Shown here: piece by piece, positions 52,626 to 64,000 of the stretch
How the letters are laid out: every line of letters begins with the position of its first letter
How positions within the stretch are numbered: position 1 is the stretch's first letter
Source: Oculina patagonica
Taxonomy: Eukaryota
DNA length: 64,000 bases
Direction: 5' to 3'
Assembly (NCBI RefSeq): GCF_052425735.1
Contig: NC_135770.1
Coordinates: 22,196,001 to 22,260,000 of the forward strand
Translations under genes and position numbers: made by a program
The notes under the pieces: generated by a model
What the model saw: only the letters and a program-made list of their open reading frames with translations
Told to the model about the DNA's origin: nothing
The model's database searches: none

Positions 52626-55600
52626 AATAGTTGAACTGATTGCCTTATGGATTGAAGATCTTATTTAAATGACATGGAATAAAATTTTCCCTACCTCATG
52701 GTTTAAAATTCTCTTGCATTCTGCCTCTGTCTAGCAAATGTTAGAAATGTGGATATAAGTATTTTATATCTGCATTGATATTCTAGTTAATGTATATGCC
52801 CAAGACCTGCCCCTCCCACAAGCTGATTTTTTTTTTCAAGGTTATCCTGTGTTCAAATCCCCAAATTTAACACAGCCAACTGGTCTGCCTCCTGCCAGTT
52901 GCTTTTTTTTTTACCTTCAATAGTGGTTCAACTTTCCTGGGTTGTATTTCTTTTTTTTTGGTTAATTTTTTTGTTCTTCCATTACATCACTTGCATCAAT
53001 TACATCAGGTATTCTGTCATAAATAATAATACATTGTATGTAACATGCATACTATGTTCTGTAACTTACATTCTTTTGACATTGCTAGCCTTTGTATCTA
53101 CTTACTCGTTCATTTGCATCCAACAACTCACGACCGTTTACTGCATCCCTGTGAAAAACCACTTGACTCTGTCGTTGCAGGGTAAAGTGATGGGGCATGT
53201 CTTCCAAGCCCCCTGCCCAGTCATATACTTCCTGTTATAGAGAACCTGCAGAGTCAGGTAGTACAAACAATTGGTTGGGGCACACAAATCTTAGATACTT
53301 GCTGTTGTTAATATTATAATTATTATTATTTGAATTGCAAACAACTGATATGTTCTAATACGTATCAAGGACATTTAATGATTTTTTTTCAAAGTAGATT
53401 GTTATCTACTTTGAAGTAACAAACCCTTAACATACCTCTTCCTCCTTTTCCTTTTCCCTTTCGGGGTCATTTATGTTTCCTGGTGGCTTAAATAAAATAA
53501 AACAAAGAATTAAGTACAGAAGTCTGTGTCTGAACAAAGTGGCACCATACGGCCAGGACCTATCCTGGATTATCAACCTGGATGGGATGCTTAGTCTACT
53601 CCAGGGTTACCACCCAGCAGGTTCACCAAATTCACTCCTGTCAGCTTACTATGCACTCCGGTTAGCCTAACTATACACTCCGGTTAGCCTGTTTACGGTT
53701 AGCTTTAAATAATGGTAAAGGTAACGCAATATATTCTGCATTCTGCAAATGTCAGACAATGTGTATTTTCCAAGGACACAATGCAGCACACTGGTTAGGC
53801 CTCAAACTTTGGTTGTTTGTCACAGAATTAGCACACTGACCACCCCTCCACACTGATACAAGTGTTATATCAATTATGTATACCGGTAAATCTGAACACC
53901 AGAAAGAATCAAGAAAAGAACATTGCTTATTTGTAGGCATTGCTTACATTCCGATTATTTGTGTTTAACTTCACTACAGAAAAGTTAATGTTTGTCTAAA
54001 TTGCCTGGTAGCATCTGTTGCCTGAATACTCACCATGTCCAATGACTGGTTATTTATCTCACACTCGGCAAACTGTCCATCTTGTTCCTGCTTCTCTGCT
54101 CGCCATCTTGCAAGTTTTTCTCTAAACAGGAAAATTACACCAAATTTTTTGTTTAATTATGAGTGAAACTGAGTGTTGTTAATAATTATGTGGAGTATTA
54201 ATTTGTTGAATACTGTTAATTATTGTATCAAATTGAGAAAACAATCTATGTACCTTTCTATTACAAGCGATTCAATGAGAAAGGTTGCTCGCTCGCATAT
54301 GCTGGTCGTTGAGCGGGAAAGCCAATCATCATCCTCAATATCTGATGCTGAAATTGATTAAGAAATAAACAACAGGGTTACATATGAAGCCGTTATTGTT
54401 TCAAAACTGAATAGAATTATTCTTCAGCAAACAAAATTATGTCTCCTTCAATCCTTTCAATGAAGGTTAGATTTCGTCCAGCTGAGGGAGTTAAAAATAT
54501 TAACTGGTCCACATCATTTGCCTGATTTCCATACAACTTGAGTGCTGTTTATTTAAAAAAAAAAACATAGTGAAATTAGTAGGAGGATAAAAGGCAGTAT
54601 AACAAACAGAACCTACTGTGGAACTGTTGAAAGGACTTTTTTCAAGTTTGATGAAAACCTACAATGTTTAAGTCTAACCAACCTTTTTGGCCATCTTTAG
54701 ACGTTGTTTTAGCCGTCCAAAAGAGCCAACCTTCTTTGCATTGCTCCAGTACCTTCTGAAAAACCCTTGATAAATTAATAACATCTGAGTTAGTAAAACA
54801 CAACCCTAAGGTCATCCAAGTTTACAAACAGGACATACCTAGGTTAATGTCCAATAACAGTATGAATACAGTCCAGAGTAAAGTGGTATGGTTACTTGAA
54901 TTAAGTGAAAAAGGTAAATTTGTGACATGAAAAATTTGGACAAATCATGACACTGATTTGTATATTGAAATAATTGGATGAGAAAAATGCTGAGGACAGC
55001 CAAAATTTGACGAGGCCGTAGGCTGAGTCCAATTTTGCTGTCCGAGGAATTTTTCGAGTTCAAGTATTTCCAAATTGGTCGACAAGCATGTAGTCCTGTT
55101 ACTTATTAATTATATAGCATCTTTAAATAAGTGAGCCTGGCAAATTTCTGACCCCAAATAGGAAAAAAAATACAAAATTTTAAAAAAGTGAAAGTGTCCA
55201 ATTTATTTTAAAGAGTCCAATTTATTTTAAATTTGGACAGTTGTAAAAAATTTATAAAAAATCTATCTGTTGGCAATATAGGATTTACTGACAGCTTAAT
55301 ATAATTAGAAATTAAACGAACATAGCAAATGCCATGATAACACTGTAAAATGTACATGCATACCTCAATGTAGCTTCATTTAATTTTCCATGATGCAAAC
55401 ATGCACTGGGGCAAAGTAAAAGAACCATAACTGGTTTTCTCTCCTCACGTGCCTGCCAGCATAGCTATTTGTAAATCAAGAACAAGGAAAAGTGAATAAT
55501 GGTTTTAGTTAAACCTCAAACAGTGTTACTTAAGATTTCTCCTGACCTCTTCAAAAGTGTGAGTAAGAAATGGAGGAACCGACATCTGCAAATTAATACA

Positions 55601-55811
55601 GGATAACTGTATAGTAGATTCACATCGGCACACTTCATTGACCCGACACTCTCTGCTGGATACCCCTGCAATCAAAACATTACAATGTATATTATTTTGA
55701 AAGGTGACACAAAACAATTATTGAAATGGCATAGTAAGCCAACTCCAGGGGAAGTAAGATAAAGGGGCCTTCCACATGCTTCGATCATTGTGCCTTATCT
55801 AGTTATTGTAA

Positions 55812-56851
55812 CACAGGGCACAGAGGAGTCAAGTTTGTCCGCAATTCCAAATCTCTACCGTGCAAAACGACCTTCAAAAGCTTTTCAAAGCGATCGTGTG
55901 AGCCGTACGTGATACAACGCCGTCATGCGATACTTGTTTGCAGATCGTCTGGTGATATCGTATTCTGACAATGGTCGCCTGGGGAGAATAAATCGTCGCC
56001 CTTCGGGCGACGATTTTTTTTCCGCAAGCGAAGCTTTCCGACGAGGCACGAAGTGTCGAGAAGAAAAAGAGACAAGGGACGAAACATTATACCACGTGAT
56101 CCGCTCGATGTCACCCGAAGCATACTGGTGGCGGAAACGGAAGTCGTGTGTAGATCCATGCTGTGACAGCTGAAATCAACCGTTACTAATCCGAAATTCA
56201 AAACAACAACTCATCTTTCGACCGGCGGTAAGATTCAAAATATGAATAGTGCTCTCCAGGAAAAGCGAAATTTACCATACGAGGAACAACGCAATCCGAA
56301 GAAATTGAATGTGGAAAACAATGTTTTCTCTTCAAAGCGGTAAGTTAATTGTGAAACACATTACGGTATTGCAACATCACGTCTCGTGACGCATTTCCGC
56401 CACCAGTATTCTCCGGTCCACATTGTACGAAACGAATTTTTAACTGCCTAAAACTCATCCCTCGAAATACAGCTTAAATGACTTGTTTGAAAATTTTCTT
56501 ACAGCGTATGGGAAGACAATCCTAGTCTTAAACCACATGTTAAAAATGAGATCGATTCGTTTGATTTTTAGGGAGTAACGAGGGATCGGAATTTCGCCTC
56601 AAATCGCTTTCGTCCCTTGCTCTTTTTCTTACTGCTGGTCTCTCTGGTAACGCCCACAAACATTGATGTGTGCGGATGTCGCATGAGGATATGAATACGA
56701 TATCACCAGACCAGACAATCTGTAAACAAGTATCGCATGACAGCGTTGTATCACGTACGGCTCACACGATCACTTTGAAAAGCTTTTGAAGGTCGTTTTG
56801 CACGGTAGAGATTTGGAATTGCGGACAAACTTGACTCCTCTGTGCCCTGTG
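55812..56851. mobile_element. P-element-type MITE nested in the large transposon
   Basis: Long (~170-bp) TIRs starting CACAGGG; 7-bp TSD attgtaa. Confidence 0.85.
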
Positions 56852-59800
56852 ATTGTAATTGTTAGGTTTTTAGTTGTATTACTATAATAATGAATATTTC
56901 TTTTCAAGCATTTAGGTAATATTCCAGGTAACAAGTGTATGTACTCTTACATTACAATGTACATGTCTTTCAACTGTTTTTTGAAAAAAAAAATCTCTTG
57001 TGAATTATTTTATTAGGGGTATGCTATTGTTGATATGTTTATTACCTCCTAAGCCATGCGGAGACATGTCCATTGTAAATGTCCCAACTGTAGAAGAAAG
57101 ATTTCAATCACAGAAAAATTACCTGCTCTTAACTGAATTAAAATACTTAACAATTATCCTGCGAAATCGCGCGGAATATCGCCTGATACTTAGCCGACAA
57201 GGCCGTAGGCCGAGTTGGGTAAAATCAGACGATATTCCGCAAGATTGAGCAGGATAATTGATTTATTATTCAACAAATTGTCAACTAAAACACATTTTGG
57301 ACATAGAAAAACTGTAATTATGCAGAGCTTTACAAGATTTCGGACGAATCAACGCAACCTACGAATATCGCAGGATATCTGTTATGTATGGATGACAGAT
57401 ATCCTTAACATTTTGACCATATATGGGCAGCGCGCGCATCTGTTGAATAATAAATGTAAATATAAGACATTCTTACCATTTATACCATCTCCATGAAAAG
57501 GTTCACCACTTTTCCCTGTGTGTGAAACAGAAACTTAATTATTGAGATTACGAAGGCTTAACTGTGTTAAATCTAATGTATGAGTGAAAACAAAGCCAAT
57601 AACTACAATCAATTAAAACATTAATTTTAAGATCTTTAGAATTTTACCTGAGGTAGTACAGGTAGATGATGGTTGCCTCACACGTCTGATGAACGGTCTT
57701 CGTATTGGCACTTAAATAGAGAATTTTTTTTTCAAAATCACAACTAGCAGCTACAAGGTGAATTATTTGTGTTATGTACATGTACAATAATTTGGTAAAA
57801 AATCAAACTTAAAATAACTCCTGAGTATATAATAAGTTAACCTGCTGCCTAGCTAAATGGAAGGTGGGTGCCCGGGATATCCAGGGGCTTCCACTGTGGC
57901 CTGCCAGCCCCTAGACAGAATACAGCTCCCATGGCTGGCAAATCCCCGCAACCCAGCCATGAGCCCCCATTCCAGGCACCCGTCAACACTTTTTGAATCA
58001 GTGGAAGGAGAAGAAATAGGGGAGGGTGGGGTGGGGGAACGCTGAGCAAAGCCGGTAGGAAAGTGCTAAAAAAAACACGAAGAAGACCGCTACGACGACC
58101 GCTAGTGCTCAAAGCAAACACGCTGCTGAAAAACGAAGCTGCAACAAACCATGTGAGCCTGCACTTAACCAGGTGACCGCTGGCCAGAGGCGCCCGCTAG
58201 CTCATGGCAGTTAACTACTTTGTTAAATGCCCCAGAATAACTTCGTTAAAAGTCATTTAACTAAATGAAAAAACTTATTATACAAATGATTTAATACACC
58301 AAATCAAAGACTTCTTAACGTTTTAAAATAATTACAATTGCTGCCTAATTGCATAGTGCATTATAAAATGACTTTGTCTGCACCAGTGCATATTAATAAA
58401 TGCAACATTTAAGTGATATTATAAAGTCTTCTAACATTTTAATTTAAGTCTTAAATTATTCACATAGATACAGAGTGGATCTTACATGTTGTACCTTGCA
58501 CAGTGTTAACTATCTCTATATCATCATCAATTGTGAAAGGGCTCTGTAATAGATCAGCATCTGTGGGGTTTCAGAAAATAATGCATTATTTTTCCCCTGC
58601 TAGTAACATAATTATGATTATACAGTTTAATCCTGCTTTTCAAGCCTACAATGTAAAAATACACCATTAAAAGGCTGGAATAAATAATGTGACATCATAC
58701 ATTTATCATGAATATATAAAATGACTTGTGATGGTCCACAGCTCAAAAAAAATTATTCAAGAAACAGCTTGAGGTAATTTAAATTTAAATGTATTGGTAA
58801 CCCTGTTTACACAGATTCAGGAACCCCTGTTTGCAAAAATGGTAAACAACATCTTGGAAAAAGTTTTCCAAATTTTATACTAAAAAAATAGACAAAGTTT
58901 TTGCATTGTAGTGACTTTAGAAGTATTGAGAATTTGGGGTTAAATGATAGTTAATATTACAAATTATAAGATACTATCCAAAGGAAAACAAAATATGGCC
59001 AAGGAAATCAGGTACCGGTATTTTCAGAAACTGAGGGTTGCTGAACAATTAAATTATGTACTTACCATTTGTGTCATCCACACTCATGCTTGTGTCCAAT
59101 GGCACTGAAACTGTTTGTTTTTTTTAAAAAAAAAAATAACATTATAAGAGTAGACAGGAGTTAATCCCTGTTTTTTTTTTTTTTTTTTCAGGGCAATGTG
59201 TGGGTCCAGGAAATCTGTACATGTCCCCATAAGAAGGGGATGGAAATTCCCTGGGGTAGAAGGGATTCAAAGGTGAAGAACTAGGAAGAAACATATAAAG
59301 CTTTATAACAATTGAAACTTCCCGAGGGGTTGGGGTGCCTTTGTAAAAAGCGTTTCTTGGCGCACAATGATTGTCTACTCAAACTCCTAAATATCCTTTA
59401 CAATTCACTTCTGAGCAATGCTCATTGCAGGAATACATTAGTCAAAAATATTATTATCCTTTTGGGTTATATTAACTCACGGCTTAAATATATAAAGAAA
59501 AAATTAATGGATATTCTGCTTAGTACATATCGACCACAAGTCACCTTCACTTTGGCAAATAGTTCCGCGACTGTAGTTAGTAGCGATTCAATTCTCTTTT
59601 TACTAATCTCTGTTGTTTGTGTTCCATGTACTTAAATACAGATTAATATAATAAGTAGTAAACGCTATGACTCAAAACTAAATTTTAGATTCATGGACTC
59701 AATATAATGAATAATAATCCCTGTGTTGTTTCACCTGTTATTTACACATTGAAACTTTACTACACAAGAAACCTTAAGTAAAGTGTCTTAGTATTATTTT

Positions 59801-59957
59801 GTTTTAAAGCAATACACTTACTTCTTCTAGGTGTTGAATCAACCTGGGCAGGCGTGCTGGCCAAAGGGGCAAGAACTGATACTGCAGTAAATGATGTTGA
59901 ATTGGTGGTCTGGGCAGACGTGGCAGCAGAGAGAACATTGGCTGGCTGAGTAGAAGA

Positions 59958-60090
59958 AATCGAGTCGATCAAAAGAAACCGAGTCGATAAAAAGAAATCG
60001 AGTCGATCAAAAGTAATCGAGTCGATAAAAAGAAATCGAGTCGATCAAAAGTATTCGAGCTGGATGTAAAAGAAATCGAGCTGGATGAAA
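59958..60090 (-). repeat. Right subterminal repeats of the large transposon
   Basis: atcgagtcgat(c/a)aaaag repeats. Confidence 0.85.
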
Positions 60091-61315
60091 TTGCATCGTG
60101 CACTAATTATGTTTTCGTAGTCGACCACATTTTATCGTCGTTGTTTCCCAGAAAAGAATATTGATCCCAGAATTCTCGGGGGTAAAGAAAACAACTGCGT
60201 GTACGATCCCTTTTTTATTGTTTCGTAGATCAAGTCTTAACGTTTTTTTTTTTAACGTCCAAAATCCCTCTTCATGGAAAATTGCCCCCCTTTGTTCAAA
60301 CCAACGGCGAATTTCGGACCAGAAGAAACGTCTCTAAGTTGTTCAATTCACCCTTCACTGAGACGAGCACGAATAGCCGAAACGTCGTGCAAATTCTTTG
60401 TCGCAGTCCTTCGTAAACGTTTCCTTTGAAATTTCTACCAAATGCAATCATGTACGAGGATTTTTGGCCGTAAATAATGGTAGAAATGATATTACTTTGG
60501 GTTATGTCTGCAGTTTTAGCAATTTCTACTAAACATAGGCTTTAGGTATTTATGTTATTTTATTTCTAATGTCAAAATTTAATTGAAGCCGGGGAAAGTA
60601 ATATAATAAATTAAGCGAGGATGGCTACTGCATATTGAGATGGATTAAAAACGTGACAAAATGGAGCCATGTTTTCTCAAAAAGCCCCGTCATTGACAAA
60701 GCCCGTTTAAAGACCCGCGGGAATATCACCAGCCGATGAATTGTTATTTGAATAGCAACTGCCAGTCTTCGGGCTAAGTGGCGACGGCTTATTGACACAG
60801 GCGACATTTTAATGGTTAAAATATTCTTGAAAAGGAAGAGTAATTACCTTTTATTGAGTCTCTCTATATGTTATGCCACTCATGCAAACGATCTGAAGGA
60901 CAATTGTCTTTTACATTAATATTTCCATATTGACTACTTTTCTCGCACGAAGTTTAGTAGTCAGTTTCTGCACTTAAAAAAAACACACCAAGAGAGGATA
61001 AAAATGATAATATGTACCGTTGAGACATATCTATATCTAAATTAATTTAAACTACGTATCAATAAAAAAAGAATCTCAATGGAATATTGCTTGAAATAAG
61101 ATCGCGTGTCCTTAGGTATTAGATTCCACGTGACATAACTTTTTTAGGGTTAGTTGATTTACAGACTAATGAGCTTCACTGGAGTGTTTACTTTGTTAAT
61201 GGACTACAAATAAATATCATATAAACAAGAAGATATAATCACGACACGTTAAAATTGTTGTTATAATGTTTAATCTTCAATAGTGAGTGATTCATAAAGA
61301 ACACTGCTCAACAAG

Positions 61316-63953
61316 ATGCGCTCGTCTCTTCGGTTTATTCTGTGGCTATCCTGTGTGATCGCGATCGTAACTGCTGATGGTAACAACACTGCACCCGTGT
61401 CGACTCCGCTTCCCGCCAAAAAGGGCGACAACACAATTATCGTCAACGTGAATCAAAATACAGGCAACACTGAGAAGGCCATCAAATCCCTTGAAGCAAC
61501 CTTACAGAAAAAATTTCATCAACTTATACAGGCAGTAGTGAACGCCACATCTCGTGAGAATCATAATGTCGAATCTGGTAAGATGGCTTTATCGATGATT
61601 ATATACTAATTGGTTTATTCAGTTCATTTCCCTGTTTTGTTTACCCTTAACTTTACTACATTATATCTTTTGCAGGTTCGTCTTTTGCGTCATGCAAAGA
61701 AATTTACGTGAATCAGAAGTAAGTAGCCATGATAAAAGTGGTACGGGGAAAAAAGAGTTCTCTGCTAGCATTGTCTCCTAGCTCTGTTAGCAATTAAAGG
61801 AGACGTGTTGTGTAAGAAAAGTTTATGCAATTTGGTTCTTTAGGATTTTCATTTGAAGAGCAAATCTTGCTCTTCACCAGTTATCTCGTTATACAACATC
61901 ACCGTTTCAGCGTAATAGTCGAAAAACAGCATTTACCATCAGTCGCAGTAATAGTATACCACGCAAAGTTTTTAAGTAATGCGGATTCGGATTTGAGCAA
62001 AAATAGTGGCGGATTTACCGATTTGGCCAAAAAATAACACGGATCGTCGGATTTGCGTACCTCTATTAACCCCCCCCCCCCCCCCCCTCTATCTCTCTCT
62101 CGTTGACCGCATGTAAACTATTCTTTCCGGTTAGATAATCAAACAACCGAGAAAAAAATAGTGTTTTATAAATGTAAATCGAAACAGAACACGTAGCCTT
62201 GGCTTTGTTGCATTTTCCATTTGTTTTCGATAAATTTCAGTTAAGCGTTTAAAGACTGAGAAAGTTAAATTTATATATTCGATGAAGTTACAATACCCCA
62301 GATAAATGATCTCATCAAGTCTTCAGTTTTGAGTGCGGAGTTAAAGTTAAGTCTACACTCAATCAGTTTTTCTGTCCTTTAAGTGACCCTGAGTAGAAAA
62401 CGTTCAGCTTGTTTCCGTAAAATTTACCCCGTTTTGCAGAAATTTGTCTTCTATGTATTACCATTTTTAAAGGAGGGGAAGACAAGGCATATCGGAGTGG
62501 GGGAGTATTTTTTTTTTTCTACGCATTAACATGTTTTGTTTTGTAATAAGGTCTCAAGGAAACAAAGCTTACCTACTACAAATGGACTCTGGGAAGGTCC
62601 CTGTTTTCTGTCTCATGACGAGTCTTGGAGCATGCGGTGGTGGTGGATGGACGCTGGTCATGAAAATCGATGGTGCTAAAGTAAGGCCCGGTTCAGATGC
62701 CGTACTATTCATGAGCCGAACTCAATTCGAATTTGGACCGACCCAAATTGACAAAAGTACACCTCTTGATTCAGATGCCGTACTTTTTGGCCGTTCCGAG
62801 ACCGTTCCTAATACAGTTCCATACAGTTCCGTTAAAACCAGTCTTTGAGATAAACTGCTTGCAAAATACATTATAATAGTTTATGAATTAGGATCGGCAC
62901 TTGAAAAGTACGGCGTCTGAATCAAAGCCGTTCCAAAGGCGTTCCACAGGCGAAATTCTCGGCCAAGCCAGGCGGGAGGATCGGGTGAGCCGTTCCAAAT
63001 TGAAATAGCCGTTATAATTTGATTCAGACGGCGATCTTTTCATGTACTTAATTCAAGGAATTAGGTTCGGCTCATGAAAAGATCGGCGTCTGAACCGGGC
63101 CTAAATAAAATATAGAGAGCCCAATATAGAATTATGAAACAGTTGTTTTTACCCCGAGTGTACATTTGAAATTAATTGTAAATTGATCTCTGCAAAAAGA
63201 AGAAACAAAATTAGTATGTGTCTCCTCGCAATATCCAATATAGTCGACCCGAAGAATCGCGTTAGTGAATTGACTCATTTCCCGCTGTCAAGCTAGGAAA
63301 TTAATCAAGCAGCTCCACGTATTCTTGTTTTAGATGACGTACTGTATAACGTACTGTATGTAACGGTTATGTAGTACGTGTGCAGGACTTGATTTTCATG
63401 TCACACTTTTTATCTTTATTCCCAATAGACAACATTTCGTTACGATTCAAATCTCTGGAGCAACAAGGTCGACTTCAATCTTCCAGGAGGAAAGACTGGC
63501 TTTGACCATCACGAGACCAAGTTACCGACCTACTGGAACACACCCTTCTCCAAGATCTGTCTTGGCATGAAGATCGGCCAACAGATCAACTTCATTGTCA
63601 TCAACAAGCATGCCAACTCTCTGTACTCACTGATCGCTGACGGGCAATACCGCGCCATCTCACTGGGTCGTAACAAGTGGAAGACGCTGATTGGTTCACA
63701 GGCATCCTTGCAGACCAACTGTAACAAGGAAGGGTTCAATGCAATTAGTGGTAATAGTGCTGATTCTAAAGCAAGAATCGGTTTTCTAGGCAACCAACAA
63801 AATGACTGCGGCAGCTCTGAGTCCAGAATCGGGTTTGGTACGGGAGGGCATCCTGATGACTCCAACACGTGTGGAAACGCAGCAAGTTCCGGGCACTCGC
63901 CAGATAATGGAGGGAAGAACATCAAAGCCATGGGATACATTTTGGTTCAGTGA
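61316..63953 (+). CDS. Secreted fibrinogen/intelectin-like (USOMP5-like) protein, 4 exons, ~319 aa
   Basis: Exons 61316-61577, 61676-61718, 62551-62680, 63429-63953; intact frame and signal peptide. Confidence 0.9.
62685..63101. mobile_element. PIF/Harbinger MITE inserted in a splice donor
   Basis: TIRs ggcccggttcaga / tctgaaccgggcc; TAA TSD (62682-62684, 63102-63104). Confidence 0.88.
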
Positions 63954-64000
63954 CACTCTAAAGGAACTGAACATTTTCTGCTTTATAGAAAAGGCCATAA

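Larger units (their letters stand above)
47150..59970 (-). pseudogene. Degenerate multi-exon gene carried by the transposon: FAF1/FAF2-like UAS (thioredoxin-like) domain + coiled coil, E/K-rich tail
   Basis: Phase-consistent exons ~59970-59822, 59630-59545, 59104-59066, 58560-58495, 57710-57648, 57515-57477, 57087-57046, 55665-55547, 55464-55364, 54765-54683, 54544-54446 (GA donor), 54347-54254, 54121-54034; more decayed exons toward 47150; phase gap between 59545 and 59104. Confidence 0.7.
46150..60167. mobile_element. ~14.0-kb TIR DNA transposon, 8-bp TSD, no transposase recognised
   Basis: 42-bp perfect TIR ggatcaatattcttttctgggaaacaacgacgataaaatgtg; TSD cagaattc (46142-46149, 60168-60175); empty paralogous site cagacgttcagaatcctcagtggtaaagaa at ~38071-38100. 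Confidence 0.92.

Noticed and set aside
57850-58200. GC-rich segment as a gene
   Set aside because: No coherent ORF; probably a retroelement 5' fragment, but I cannot support a family call

Overview
AT-rich, intron-containing animal genomic DNA, most likely a stony coral (inferred from gene families and repeat types), with one N gap at 35797-35958. The window holds a cluster of six members of a secreted fibrinogen/intelectin-like family resembling coral 'uncharacterized skeletal organic matrix protein 5-like' proteins: three intact genes (one with PAN+EGF domains), one gene with a single nonsense codon, one orphan terminal exon and one fragment. It also holds an intronless ARF-family GTPase, its diverged tandem copy, and a head-to-head 7-exon C1D gene. 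The most striking structure is a ~14.0-kb DNA transposon (46150-60167) with 42-bp perfect TIRs, subterminal repeats and an 8-bp TSD, confirmed by an empty paralogous site near 38078. It shows no recognisable transposase. It carries a degenerate multi-exon FAF1/FAF2-like UAS-domain gene, a ~3.3-kb 56-bp satellite and a nested P-type MITE. Other elements include a CRE-like retrotransposon beside a (TAA)n tract, Penelope remnants with hammerhead-ribozyme motifs, tRNA-like SINEs with an unusual 5' extension, an RTE fragment and many MITEs. All gene models were spliced and phase-checked by eye; family names come from motif recognition, not database searches.
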